64,000 bases of DNA from an uncultured Bacteriovoracaceae bacterium (GCA_964012805.1 CAXGUD010000021.1:11572-75571); one strand, 5' to 3'; numbered from the stretch's first letter, positions 39,780 to 49,777 are shown. Numbers and translations: made by a program. Notes: generated by a model from the letters alone, not told the origin.

Positions 39780-42191
39780 ATGAATAAGTTATCAACCTTT
39801 TTCCTTACAACTTCTGTTCTTTTATCTGGGCCTACATTCTCTTTTAGCGCATGGGATCAAAAAAATGATCCAGAAAACTTCGAATGGGACTATGAAACAA
39901 CCTATTCAAAACTTCCTAAAACGGGAAAATTAACAGAAATGCCGTGGAGTGGAGATTATTGGCCTACTTATAAGGGGGGCATAACTTATAGGTGGAATGA
40001 TAAAGACTTAGAAGAGGAAAAAAGATTTTCTTATGAAGTTGCAAAAGACTTTAAGGACTTAAAAGAAGAGGACATAAAAAAACTATCTCCTGCAGAGAAA
40101 TACGATATATACCTAGGAAGATCAGAGTTTCCACTTACAAATTATGAAAGAAAAAGAACAAATATTTTAAAAACAATAGAAGGACATGAGTCTTATGAAA
40201 AAGACTTCAAAATTCCAACATGGGAAGGGCTATGCCATGCTTGGGCACCGGCCACTATCCTTTACAGTAACCCTGAGCCGGTAACAATGATTGGGAAAAA
40301 GGGACATAAAATAGAATTTGGTTCTTCTGACATTAAGGCACTCCTTACTTATCACCTTCACTTGGCAAAGGCGCCAAGGACCCGTTTTTTAGGAAGTCGC
40401 TGTAATATTGACTTTGGAAAAATATATAAAGACCTAGAAAGTAACCCAACTTATGACAATAAGGTCAGCATCCTTATTGAAAAACTAAAAGGATACAAAA
40501 AAACCCTTATTGACGAGCTGTCCTTAAATGATGAGTCGGAGTTAAGTTTCAATTGGGAAAAGAAAAAAGTCGTTATGGAAATTTTTAACAAACTCACAAA
40601 TGATAAAGAGGATGTTGAAAAGTTAAATCAAGTTCTTAAAGAGGAAAACCTTAACTTTGAGAATAAAACCTTCATAAAAGAGATGATTCAGAAAAAACTG
40701 ACAATGGCCTCAGAACTCGAAGGCAAAATGAACCGTGATGAATGTAAAGATACAAATGCGGGTGCTTTTCATATAGTCATCGCAAACCAAATTGCTAACA
40801 TGGATGAAAGTTTTATTGTTGATGTTACAAGGGATTCCGAAGTATGGAACCAAGCAGTTCAAGGCTTCGATGTAAAAGAGATTGAAACAAAAGAACCATC
40901 TGAAGGTTCTGCTGAAGGTACAGTAAAAGAAGTTGTTGTTGAAACTAAAATGCACTATGTTGTTGAAATACATCACAACTGGAATAAGGTTTCACCTCCT
41001 AATCAAATCACAACGAAGACTTATCGTTATAAACTTGAACTTGATAAAGATGATAAAATAATCGGCGGTGAATGGATTACAATGGATCGACCAGACTTTA
41101 TTTGGAAAAATGGGCTTTCGGAATTTAAAGGCATTTTTGAAGACCTTGGCAAAATTTACAAGAAATCAACATCTTATAAAAAGAAGATTTCTTCATCTTT
41201 ATCATTGGAAGAAAAAAGTAGAATTGAAAAAGAAAGGAAGGAATTAGAAGAGCGTATTAAAAATTTTGAAGAAGAGAAAGAAAAAGCGAAAAGAGAAAAT
41301 GAAGAAGAAACCAAAAGACTAGAAGCTGAGTTTAAAAAAATAGAAGACAGGAAAAAGTTAATAGAGAAAGAAAAGGAAGAGCTTACAAAAAGATTTGAAC
41401 AGGAAATAGAAGATTTAAATAAAATTCTAGAAGATGAAAAAAAGAATCTAAAAAAAGAATTAAAGGAAAGAGAAGACCTGACAAAAAACCTGGAAATTGA
41501 AAAGGAAAATCTAAAAAAGCAAATAAAAGAAAAAGAAGCATCATTAAATAAGAAGGTTACTGATTTAGAAATTAAAAAAGAAAATCTCGTAAAAGAGGAA
41601 AAAGCCTTAAAAAGTAGGCAAAAAGCTTTTAGCACCTATAAGGAAGGACAAGAAAAAGCTTTATTCAAGAAAAAAGAAGAATTAAAAAAGGCACAAGATA
41701 AATTTTCTCAAATGAAAATAAGGTTTAAAGAAAAGCAAAACAAAGAAAAGTCAAAAATTTTAAAACAAAAAGAAGATTTAAAAGCCCAAATGAAGAAGTT
41801 TGCTGTAAAAAAGGAAAAATTCAAAAAAGAAATGGCGGCTTTTAAAAAGGAATTAGCAAAATTTGAAAAGGCGAAAAATATAGGTATTACCAAAGACCTT
41901 ATAAAAAACCTTAAGGTAAAATTAGTAAATCAAAAGGAAATTGTAAAAAAACATCAAACAAATTTTGATCAGGCTAAGAAAAAAACCGATAAAGCATACA
42001 AAGAATATAAAAAGCTTAGAGGAAGTATTTTTAATAGAAATTATAAAAACCTTAAAAAGCTCTATAAATTGGCTTTAGCTGATCAAAAAATTAAGTCAAA
42101 GGATTTAAAATCAGAACAGAATAAAATGGAAAAGCTCGAAGATGAACTAAGGGATGCAAGGAATAGATTAAGAGTTGCATCATCAAATTAA
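39780..42191 (+). CDS. Exported transglutaminase-elicitor-family protein with long coiled-coil tail
   Basis: PWSGDYWP, LSPAEKYD, IPTWEGLCHAWAPA, DTNAGAFH, VWNQAV, YRYKLELD, IIGGEW, PDFIW; Lys/Glu-rich C-terminal region of about 340 aa; AAGGAG RBS. Confidence 0.85.
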   Translation: MNKLSTFFLTTSVLLSGPTFSFSAWDQKNDPENFEWDYETTYSKLPKTGKLTEMPWSGDYWPTYKGGITYRWNDKDLEEEKRFSYEVAKDFKDLKEEDIKKLSPAEKYDIYLGRSEFPLTNYERKRTNILKTIEGHESYEKDFKIPTWEGLCHAWAPATILYSNPEPVTMIGKKGHKIEFGSSDIKALLTYHLHLAKAPRTRFLGSRCNIDFGKIYKDLESNPTYDNKVSILIEKLKGYKKTLIDELSLNDESELSFNWEKKKVVMEIFNKLTNDKEDVEKLNQVLKEENLNFENKTFIKEMIQKKLTMASELEGKMNRDECKDTNAGAFHIVIANQIANMDESFIVDVTRDSEVWNQAVQGFDVKEIETKEPSEGSAEGTVKEVVVETKMHYVVEIHHNWNKVSPPNQITTKTYRYKLELDKDDKIIGGEWITMDRPDFIWKNGLSEFKGIFEDLGKIYKKSTSYKKKISSSLSLEEKSRIEKERKELEERIKNFEEEKEKAKRENEEETKRLEAEFKKIEDRKKLIEKEKEELTKRFEQEIEDLNKILEDEKKNLKKELKEREDLTKNLEIEKENLKKQIKEKEASLNKKVTDLEIKKENLVKEEKALKSRQKAFSTYKEGQEKALFKKKEELKKAQDKFSQMKIRFKEKQNKEKSKILKQKEDLKAQMKKFAVKKEKFKKEMAAFKKELAKFEKAKNIGITKDLIKNLKVKLVNQKEIVKKHQTNFDQAKKKTDKAYKEYKKLRGSIFNRNYKNLKKLYKLALADQKIKSKDLKSEQNKMEKLEDELRDARNRLRVASSN

Positions 42192-42214
42192 ATAATCAAA
42201 CCTAACCAAAACTA

Positions 42215-42251
42215 AATTAAAGGTTCCGACATTATACCGGAACCTTTAATT
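42215..42251 (+). terminator. Terminator-like hairpin
   Basis: aattaaaggttccg / cggaacctttaatt 14-bp inverted repeat after the 42191 stop. Confidence 0.75.
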
Positions 42252-42383
42252 CCCACACAACGCAAAAAAAGACTTTTTCTCTCAAGTAAACATTTTTTAA
42301 GAAAATAATCTTTAACTTTAAGCTTATAAACCGATTAGAATTAATAAATCCCAAATAGTTAAGTTATTTTTTTAAACAAAGGA

Positions 42384-44177
42384 TTGACTAAAATGAATCG
42401 GATTCTAAAAGTAATGCTACCAAGTTTTTATTTTATTCTCAGCATGACCCAAATTACTTTTGCTCAAAATGTAGCTGAGCTTTGCACTAAAGACTTCTAT
42501 AAAAGAGGTAACGGTTTAAACCCCCTTATTATGCAAATAAAAAGAACAATTTCAAGCGTTCCAGGAAAAAATTTAACGACAACCCCTAAGCATCTATGGA
42601 CGAAAGGTTATGTGTCTAATCAAGTTTATAGAAATGGCTATGAAATTTATGATTTATATGCGGAGCTTATTCAAATGGCAGAGCACGAAGTCCTTATTGA
42701 GGGAATGCTTTTTGACATAAACTCTCCAGGCGCAAGAAAAATTAAAGAAGCTGTTGCTCTTCTTCATGAAAAAAGAAAAAAGGAAGGTGCTACAAAACCT
42801 GTTACCGTGAGAATTGTTTGGGATATTATAGGAAGTGTAAAAGGACTTAACCTTTTTGAGTTAATGACTAAAGTTAAATTTCATGGTCGTCGAGCGGGTA
42901 CACTTTTTAGTCAAGGAAAAGATAGTGGTGATTACCAGATAGGTTTCCCCATGAAATTAGACCCAAAGTTCGTAAGGCTTGAGCTTAAGGCCCATAGACA
43001 TAAAAACGCGATGGCAGTCAACCATGGAAAAGGTATTATCGTTGATCGAAAAATTGCTGCTGTAACAGGATCTAACATTGTTAACTATCACTTTACAGAT
43101 GAAAAAAAACCAGGGGACCGTGAGCTCATGGTTGATCACGCATTCTTAATTTACGGAAAAGCAGCCCTATCTCTTGCCGATGAGTTTTATAACCTCTGGT
43201 TAAAAAATAATGGTAGTGATGGAAAGACAACTCAATATAATGGTAATGTTAAAGCTGATAAAGAATACAAATGGGATGGGAAACCGTTCGGATCTGTTAG
43301 TATTTCATCTGCCCCAAAAATTGTTCCCAAAAAATTTCCTCCAGTCCCCAGGTTTAAGGAAACTCAATACCAAGGAAATGCAAAATTAGAAGAATACCCT
43401 GTTGGATATAAGCCACCGCGCTGGTTAGGATGGTCTAAAGAAGAGGTCACGTTGGCTATTGTAGGAAGAGATGCTTTTGGTGCAAAAAGAATCGTCAAAA
43501 ACTCCATAAATGCTCAAAATGCAGCCTTTGTAGGTGCCCTCAGGCATGCTAAAAATCATGTTAATATTAATTCACCAAACCTTAACTCTTTTGACCTGAT
43601 GGATGAAATTTTCTTTGCTGTAAAAAGAGGAATTGATGTTAACTTTCTGCTCTCAAAAGATTATCAAAATTACAACTGGTGGGCGCAGGAAGCTGGTGAA
43701 AATGAAAAAGCCGTTAGGCATCTTTTGAGAGATATCAATTGCTTAAGGAAAGAAAAAAAGAGCATAGGAAACTTCAATCTTCGTTGGTTTGTGACAAGAG
43801 GTAATGCTCTAAGTGGTGCCAAAAAAGGTAGCAAAGGGTTCACAAAATGGGATAGCCGAGTAAAAACAAAATTTTACAACCATAACCACACCAAATTTCT
43901 AACAGCCGACAACCAGATTGCAATCGTAGGGTCTGCCAATTGGGATGAACAATCATGGTATAACTCAAGAGAGCTTAATGTTCTTATTCATGGTCATAAA
44001 ATTACAAATTCTCTCTGTCAAAAGGTTTTCAAAGATGACTTTGTAAGAGCAGAGGTCATTGGTAAACCAGTCTTTAAAAAATCTATCGCCTGTGATATGA
44101 AAAAGTACAAAAAAAATGAGAGGGCCAGACTTGACAGAATGGTTAAGAGATCATGGGTCAAGCAAATAACAAAATAA
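42384..44177 (+). CDS. Exported phospholipase D family protein
   Basis: Two HKD motifs: HGKGIIVD..TGSN and HTKFLTAD..VGSAN; signal peptide (TFA-Q). Confidence 0.9.
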   Translation: MTKMNRILKVMLPSFYFILSMTQITFAQNVAELCTKDFYKRGNGLNPLIMQIKRTISSVPGKNLTTTPKHLWTKGYVSNQVYRNGYEIYDLYAELIQMAEHEVLIEGMLFDINSPGARKIKEAVALLHEKRKKEGATKPVTVRIVWDIIGSVKGLNLFELMTKVKFHGRRAGTLFSQGKDSGDYQIGFPMKLDPKFVRLELKAHRHKNAMAVNHGKGIIVDRKIAAVTGSNIVNYHFTDEKKPGDRELMVDHAFLIYGKAALSLADEFYNLWLKNNGSDGKTTQYNGNVKADKEYKWDGKPFGSVSISSAPKIVPKKFPPVPRFKETQYQGNAKLEEYPVGYKPPRWLGWSKEEVTLAIVGRDAFGAKRIVKNSINAQNAAFVGALRHAKNHVNINSPNLNSFDLMDEIFFAVKRGIDVNFLLSKDYQNYNWWAQEAGENEKAVRHLLRDINCLRKEKKSIGNFNLRWFVTRGNALSGAKKGSKGFTKWDSRVKTKFYNHNHTKFLTADNQIAIVGSANWDEQSWYNSRELNVLIHGHKITNSLCQKVFKDDFVRAEVIGKPVFKKSIACDMKKYKKNERARLDRMVKRSWVKQITK

Positions 44178-44187
44178 TTTCCTTACC

Positions 44188-44226
44188 GATACCAAAACCT
44201 TTTTAAGGTTTTGGTATCCTTTTTTA
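44188..44226 (+). terminator. Intrinsic terminator
   Basis: gataccaaaacctt-ttt-aaggttttggtatc followed by a T tract. Confidence 0.85.
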
Positions 44227-44280
44227 AATAAGGTCCAATTAAATTCAATTTTTAAAAAACCACTTTAGCTTTTAAACTTG

Positions 44281-47022
44281 TTAATTTAGAAGAGGCAATT
44301 CTATAACAAAAAGTGTTCCTTCACCAACTCTGGAATGAACAGAAATAGACCCTCCAAGTTTTTCTACTTCTGTTTTTACTGCATCTAAACCAACTCCTCT
44401 ACCGGAAACATCTGTTAACTCCTCTTTTGTACTAAAGCCAGGCATAAAAATCATTTCTACAAGTGATTGTTGATTTATATCTTCAAGATCTTCTTCTCTC
44501 TTGAGACCTTTTTCTATTAACTTACCTTTAATACTTTCAGGATTGATTCCAGAACCATCATCAAAGAATTTAACAATAAAAGAATCACTCTTTAAACGAA
44601 AGTCTATTTCAATTTTACCTACTTCATCTTTTGTTAAGTTAATTCTTTCTTTTTCAGGTTCAATACCATGGTCGACCATATTTCTAAAAAGATGTATGGT
44701 GTTTTTAATAAAGTCAGAATACTTCTTTTCATCCACTTTAATTTCATCTCCATAAATATGAAGGTCTACCTTTTTCCCTTGTTTTGAGGCTAGTTCAAAG
44801 ATTAAAGGTCGGTACTTTTCGAACTTTTTCTTAATATCAGTCAAAAGATAATTTTTCATTAATAAATTCATATAATTCTTATCTATCTTATAGCCCTCTG
44901 TATTGTTAATGATATCAGAAATTTGAACAGTACTCCCTTCATCAGCCAAAAAACGGTTAGCAGCTTCCACTATTAACCTGTTTTCCTTTAAAAAACTTTT
45001 CAACTGAAATTCAAACTTTTTTACCTCACTTTCTAAAGGGTCTAAATTATTTTCAGATATAGTGGTCTCAATAGTATTTAATAAATGAGTAATACTCCTA
45101 AGTCCATATTGAGAATATCTCGCTTTGAAAGTATGAAAAGTTCTGAAAAGAGTTTCTGGTTTATTCTCTCTCCCTTCATAATAGGAATCTAAAAATTGAT
45201 AAGTATCATCTAGTAAATCAACGAATTCCGCAGGACTTCCCAAGCAGGAAGTAACAAAATCTGTTTTTTCTTTATCGATTTCTAACTGCTTCTTTAGTTC
45301 TAGCTCATTAGTTTTATCTGAAGCAATTAGGATTAGCTTATCAACCTCTAACCCTTTATTTTCATCCTCATTAAAAATTGGTCTAAATTCAAGTTCAATA
45401 TACTTATCATGCTGCCCCTCAAAAATCTTAGGTGCTAGTTGATTAAGGTCTCTAAATTGTATTTTTCCTTCAAAAACATTTTTAACCCATGATTTGAAAG
45501 TTGTATTTTTTTCAGGTTGATCTTTAAAAAGAACATCCCAAATTTTTAATCCATCTGGGGAGTCCTTTAACAAATGAGTTTCTAAAAGATTTTCTGTTAT
45601 CTTTGTCGTTCCTTCTTGTATGATACCTTCGGAGTTGAAGGTAAGATAACCTTGCCCCAAACTTCCAAGTAATTGATCTCGAGATTTCTTCTGTCTGGAG
45701 GTTTCCTCTAATACTATTTTTAAAGCATCTTTCTCCTTTTTCAATTCATCGGTTTTTTCAAGTACTTTTTTATGGAGGCTTACTGCATGGTTTTTAAGAA
45801 CTTTTTTAGCTTCAGCTTCTTTTTCATATGCCTGCTCTTTCATAAGATTAAACTTATCTGCTAAACCTAATGACAAAAGAATAAGTTCCAAAGCGTTCCC
45901 TATAATGGGGGCTTGTTTTACTATAAAAATAGAAGGTAAAATACCCGTTGTCATTAGGCCCATAACAATTGAACCTATCAACGTGCATAGGAAGGCCATG
46001 AAAAAATAGATCGCAGGTCTATAATAAAATACCCTGTAAAATCCAATAACAAGAATCACAACTGAGAAAGTAAAACCATTTATTGACTGATATTTTAAAT
46101 TAAAAGAGTAATCAAAAAAGAAAGCAGAAGGGACCAAAGCCAAACAAAAAATACTTAAAAAAATTAGGAAACGATATATTTTGGGCATTTCCTCATCTAA
46201 TTTTAAAAACTTAATTGTAAATAAATAGAGAAAGAACCCCATTAATCCAATTAAGACCGTAATTCCATTATTACTCATTATAGGAAAGTTTGGAAAAAGG
46301 AACCGTTGACTGAAACCTTGATACAAGGAAAGCCCAAGACCATAAGAAGCTACATGTAAAACATAAAAAAGGTAACTTAATTCTTTAGTAGAAATAAAGA
46401 TAAAAGCATTGTAAAAAATCATCGAAAGAACCAGACCAAAAAAAAGGCCCAAAATATAATTATCCTTGGTTTGATTTTTTGCAAATTGAATTGGACTGGA
46501 TATAGAGAGGTCCATTTGGTTGGCCGTTCCTTTTATTTTTACATAGTAAACAGACTCAATAGTGGGTTTGATCTTAAAAGTAAAAGACCTTGCTTCCACT
46601 TCTCTCGAAGCGAAGGGAAACGTATCACCTGTTTTAAAACCAACCCATTTTCCTTTCCCTAAATTTTTAAAAACCTCAATTTCGTCTTGAAGATAATAAT
46701 TATGAGATAAAAGCCAAACCTTTTGATCAATCGATTTATTTTGTAGTTTTAACCTGGCCCAAAAAGTAGATTTTGAATAACCAAAGTTTAGTTTTTTACC
46801 ACTTCTTTTTTCAAATTTATCTTGCCAGGAGGGTTTTAAAATATCTTTTATACTTAATTTTCCAGTAGAGTCCTCAAATATATCTAGGTTCTTTGATAGA
46901 TCATAATGACCAACCTGATCTGTTAAAATCAAAGCTTTTGATGTGTCCCTTGCACCGATATCCAAGATAGGAAAGAAAAAAGAAGTGATAGAAATTATTA
47001 GAGTTCTTATAAGAATAAACAA
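44281..47022 (-). CDS. Membrane sensor kinase HK-E: 7TMR-DISM extracellular + 7TM + PAS-like + Hpt + CheA-type HATPase
   Basis: FEDSTGKLSI, NFGYSKSTFWAR, LSLGLADK, FRTFHTFKA, HLFRNMVDHGIE, VSGRGVGLD. Confidence 0.9.
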   Translation of the reverse strand: MFILIRTLIISITSFFFPILDIGARDTSKALILTDQVGHYDLSKNLDIFEDSTGKLSIKDILKPSWQDKFEKRSGKKLNFGYSKSTFWARLKLQNKSIDQKVWLLSHNYYLQDEIEVFKNLGKGKWVGFKTGDTFPFASREVEARSFTFKIKPTIESVYYVKIKGTANQMDLSISSPIQFAKNQTKDNYILGLFFGLVLSMIFYNAFIFISTKELSYLFYVLHVASYGLGLSLYQGFSQRFLFPNFPIMSNNGITVLIGLMGFFLYLFTIKFLKLDEEMPKIYRFLIFLSIFCLALVPSAFFFDYSFNLKYQSINGFTFSVVILVIGFYRVFYYRPAIYFFMAFLCTLIGSIVMGLMTTGILPSIFIVKQAPIIGNALELILLSLGLADKFNLMKEQAYEKEAEAKKVLKNHAVSLHKKVLEKTDELKKEKDALKIVLEETSRQKKSRDQLLGSLGQGYLTFNSEGIIQEGTTKITENLLETHLLKDSPDGLKIWDVLFKDQPEKNTTFKSWVKNVFEGKIQFRDLNQLAPKIFEGQHDKYIELEFRPIFNEDENKGLEVDKLILIASDKTNELELKKQLEIDKEKTDFVTSCLGSPAEFVDLLDDTYQFLDSYYEGRENKPETLFRTFHTFKARYSQYGLRSITHLLNTIETTISENNLDPLESEVKKFEFQLKSFLKENRLIVEAANRFLADEGSTVQISDIINNTEGYKIDKNYMNLLMKNYLLTDIKKKFEKYRPLIFELASKQGKKVDLHIYGDEIKVDEKKYSDFIKNTIHLFRNMVDHGIEPEKERINLTKDEVGKIEIDFRLKSDSFIVKFFDDGSGINPESIKGKLIEKGLKREEDLEDINQQSLVEMIFMPGFSTKEELTDVSGRGVGLDAVKTEVEKLGGSISVHSRVGEGTLFVIELPLLN

Positions 47023-47431
47023 ACTAACCTCAATTTAGTTAGATAGTTTTTTCTGTAGTGATCATTCAGTTTATTTTAGACATGTTATGGATTAGGGAAA
47101 ACATTTTTTTTTAAGTTTCCTTAACTTTTTTTAGTGTTAGTCATTAAATTGAACAAATTTAAATCACTATTATCAATCCAAATTTAATAGTCATCCCATT
47201 CCAGTTAGGAACTAAATTTAAAGTTTAGTCTATAAATAAAATTTATTTATAAACAGATTTCAAAAATAACACATGGAGTCAATTGATGATGACTAGAGTA
47301 GCTTGAGGCATTTAAGTGTAAAAAAAGTACTATTTTTTTTCATAGGGCATTAATTGTCAAAAAGACCGTTCTTCTAGTATTAAGTTTATTTAAAAAAGTT
47401 TTATTTATAAAAACATAAAATTTGGGACAAT

Positions 47432-48145
47432 ATGAAAATATCAAAAATCCTCACCTTCGCATTTCTAGTTTCTTTTTTCAGTTGTAGGACAACCCCTAAT
47501 TCCCCTTCAAGCTCTTCTTATAAAGCTTCTGAGGCCTTTATAGATAAATTAAACGAACAGGCAGGGTGCTGCTTTAGAAGCGTAAAAATTAATACCTACC
47601 AAAGAGAAGGCTGGATTGTTCTCCGAGATCAAAAAGGCTGGTACCGGGCCATCAATCTCAATGATTACAATAATAATCGAGAGAATGAATGGGATTTTTT
47701 CCAAGACAATCAAATAAAAGTTGTTCCCTCTAACTCTTATCATGGATCTTTTACAGACATTTATGGGAATATATATGAAGAGGGCGCTAATTATCCTAAA
47801 GACTTGGAAAAACAAGGGCATTTTATTGATAAAATCAACATACACCACGTGGCCAACAATCTTTCTGAAAATTTTGGCCTAAGTGAAAAAAGAAGCTTCG
47901 AAGTATCTAGGTCTCTTTACCACATGGAAAAGATAAGAACCAAAAGAGCTATGGAAAACAAAGACTTAGAGAGACTATCTCAAAACCTTTTAGGAATTCC
48001 TTTTGAAAACCTTAAAAAGGAATTTGAAAAAATAGAAAATGGTCAATTTGATAAAATCGATGATTTAATAAAAAAAGCCTCTATTAAAAATGGTCTTCAA
48101 CCTGAGGACCTAAAAATTCTATTTAAAAACCTTTTAATTGATTGA
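47432..48145 (+). CDS. Hypothetical lipoprotein
   Basis: FFSC lipobox; KDLEKQG and FGLSEKRS segments. Confidence 0.7.
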   Translation: MKISKILTFAFLVSFFSCRTTPNSPSSSSYKASEAFIDKLNEQAGCCFRSVKINTYQREGWIVLRDQKGWYRAINLNDYNNNRENEWDFFQDNQIKVVPSNSYHGSFTDIYGNIYEEGANYPKDLEKQGHFIDKINIHHVANNLSENFGLSEKRSFEVSRSLYHMEKIRTKRAMENKDLERLSQNLLGIPFENLKKEFEKIENGQFDKIDDLIKKASIKNGLQPEDLKILFKNLLID

Positions 48146-48148
48146 CTC

Positions 48149-48469
48149 TCACTTAGAGGATATTTCAAAACCTATACTTTTTCCTATTTTCTCTGACCTC
48201 AAAAAGTACTTTCTTAAGAAGTCTTGTTTTTTTGACCTTGTCATTTTCTTTATAAAAATCTCTTTCTTTGTTGCTTCACTCCTATTTTTAACCTCCTCGA
48301 TATAAACGATACTCTTAGGAGAATCAATATGAAAAAACTTGGCTCCTTTTTTTCCTTTTTGAGTTCTTGAATGTTCATTAAACCTTCGAGCTACATCATT
48401 TGTGATACCTGTATAGAGAAGCCCTTTCTCAGTTTCTATGATGTAAACGTACCAGAGTGTTTTTTTCAC
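48149..48469 (-). CDS. GIY-YIG nuclease (YhbQ/UPF0213-like)
   Basis: WYVYII..LYTGITNDVARRFNEH..GAKF..RSEATKKE. Confidence 0.9.
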   Translation of the reverse strand: MKKTLWYVYIIETEKGLLYTGITNDVARRFNEHSRTQKGKKGAKFFHIDSPKSIVYIEEVKNRSEATKKEIFIKKMTRSKKQDFLRKYFLRSEKIGKSIGFEISSK

Positions 48470-48616
48470 TTCAAAAGCCTTTTTGTAAAAATAAAAAAGT
48501 TAAAAAAAATTAACAATTTCCTATACTACTTGTTATAAGTCTATAGAAAGTCAAAAAGTCGTCTAAGTCATATCAAACATAAAAACTATCAAAAAAAAAT
48601 CATCTTTTTTACTAAA

Positions 48617-48625
48617 TGATATAAT
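48617..48625 (+). promoter_or_regulatory. Extended -10 promoter of the small peptide gene
   Basis: TGaTATAAT, 19 nt upstream of ATG 48645. Confidence 0.6.
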
Positions 48626-48644
48626 CAACTCTAAAGGAGACGAT

Positions 48645-48791
48645 ATGAAAAAGAACCTTATTCTAATTATTTTTGCAACTTTATTTGTAATTTTTTCTCC
48701 CAGTGCATCTGCTGATGGATGCGGTAGCCATGGGCCTGGTGAAAATACCGAGTGTATAAAAGATTCAAATGGAAACTGTGTTGAAACCTGA
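48645..48791 (+). CDS. 48-aa secreted Cys-rich peptide (absent from the ORF track)
   Basis: AAAGGAG RBS; MKKNLILIIFATLFVIFSPSASA/DGCGSHGPGENTECIKDSNGNCVET; A-S-A cleavage site. Confidence 0.75.
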   Translation: MKKNLILIIFATLFVIFSPSASADGCGSHGPGENTECIKDSNGNCVET

Positions 48792-48810
48792 AATAGTGTA
48801 AAACCAAAAA

Positions 48811-49233
48811 TCAAGAGGTAAAAGAGGTGTAAACATTATAAACAACCATTCCCATGATCATACTCACAACAAATAAAAAAGAATTAAGATTCAGGGTCAC
48901 TAGGTTTACAACAGAAGGACCGGGACACACTCCAATAAGTCCCCATCCGACTCCAAAAATAGTGGCCCCGATGAGAAGGCTTCTATCGATATCTTTTTTC
49001 AACGGAAGATCAAAATTTTTTTCAAAATGAGGTTTTTTCATTTTAAAAATAAAGTGGAAGGAAATAAGGTTAAAGCAAACTGCTCCTCCCATAACAAATG
49101 CCAAAGAAGGGTCCCATTTTCCAAAAATGTCTAAAAAGCCAATAACTTTTCCTGGATTTGTCATGCCGGAGAATACCAAACCAAATGAGAAAATAACTCC
49201 AGAAAACAATCCAACAACGATGCCGATCATCAA
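48811..49233 (-). CDS. YeeE/YedE-family (DUF6691-type) sulfur transporter subunit
   Basis: SGMTNPGKVIGFLD..WDPSLAFVMG, FGVGWG..GVCPGP. Confidence 0.9.
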   Translation of the reverse strand: MMIGIVVGLFSGVIFSFGLVFSGMTNPGKVIGFLDIFGKWDPSLAFVMGGAVCFNLISFHFIFKMKKPHFEKNFDLPLKKDIDRSLLIGATIFGVGWGLIGVCPGPSVVNLVTLNLNSFLFVVSMIMGMVVYNVYTSFTS

Positions 49234-49640
49234 AGTTTCCCCTTAATAAAGACGGTTACTACACCGGCAAAAATAAAAATTATCGTTGCAATGAAAGACC
49301 TTTTAGACAAACGAGGAAGACCGGAAACACCATGGCCTGAAGTGCAACCACTTCCTAATCTAGTGCCAAAACCAACTAAAAACCCTGCAATAATAACCTG
49401 GATAATATTAAAATTTAAACTGTAGGTGAAAAATTTTGGAGACCAAATTTTTAATATTAACCCTCCAAAAACCAGTCCCATCAAAAAAGAAATTTTCCAA
49501 TTGTGACTGCTTTTTGGGTTTGATAAAAAAGATCCTAGTATACCACTAACACCTGCTATTTTACCTAAAAAAAAGAGGATCATCGTACTTGATAAGCCTA
49601 TGAGTATACCTCCTATTAGAGGTGGTAAAAATTTTTCCAT
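49230..49640 (-). CDS. YeeE/YedE-family sulfur transporter subunit
   Basis: GKIAGVSG, GFGTRLGSGCTSGHG; ATGA overlap with partner gene. Confidence 0.9.
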   Translation of the reverse strand: MEKFLPPLIGGILIGLSSTMILFFLGKIAGVSGILGSFLSNPKSSHNWKISFLMGLVFGGLILKIWSPKFFTYSLNFNIIQVIIAGFLVGFGTRLGSGCTSGHGVSGLPRLSKRSFIATIIFIFAGVVTVFIKGKL

Positions 49641-49777
49641 AGGTTAAACCTTTCAAAAAAGAAATAATTAAGTTGATTTTTATAATTTTAAACTTTAGTA
49701 CTTTAAAAAACCGTAACTCTTTTATATCAAGCAAAAATTAATTGGGATCATTTTAAATAAATTCAACCTATTTTTAA

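Noticed and set aside
41170..42191. Tandem repeat array in the A-rich region, and antisense ORFs 41174..41635 and 41708..41893
   Set aside because: Low-complexity Lys/Glu coiled-coil coding with no exact repeat unit; the Phe/Ser-rich antisense ORFs are its mirror.
15965..44755. Similar short antisense ORFs (ASIPTP-like) at 15965, 16548, 19887, 27990 and 44501 as a hidden gene family
   Set aside because: They are reverse complements of the conserved HATPase coding sequence.
13611..47022. Calling the five kinases cheA
   Set aside because: They have transmembrane sensors, an internal Hpt and no CheW domain, and no che operon surrounds them.
48149..48469. GIY-YIG gene as a homing endonuclease or mobile element
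   Set aside because: Short stand-alone YhbQ-type protein with no DNA-binding extension, intron context or flanking repeats.
48563..48814. 83-aa minus-strand ORF in the ORF track
   Set aside because: Antisense shadow of the plus-strand peptide gene, which has the RBS, promoter and signal peptide.
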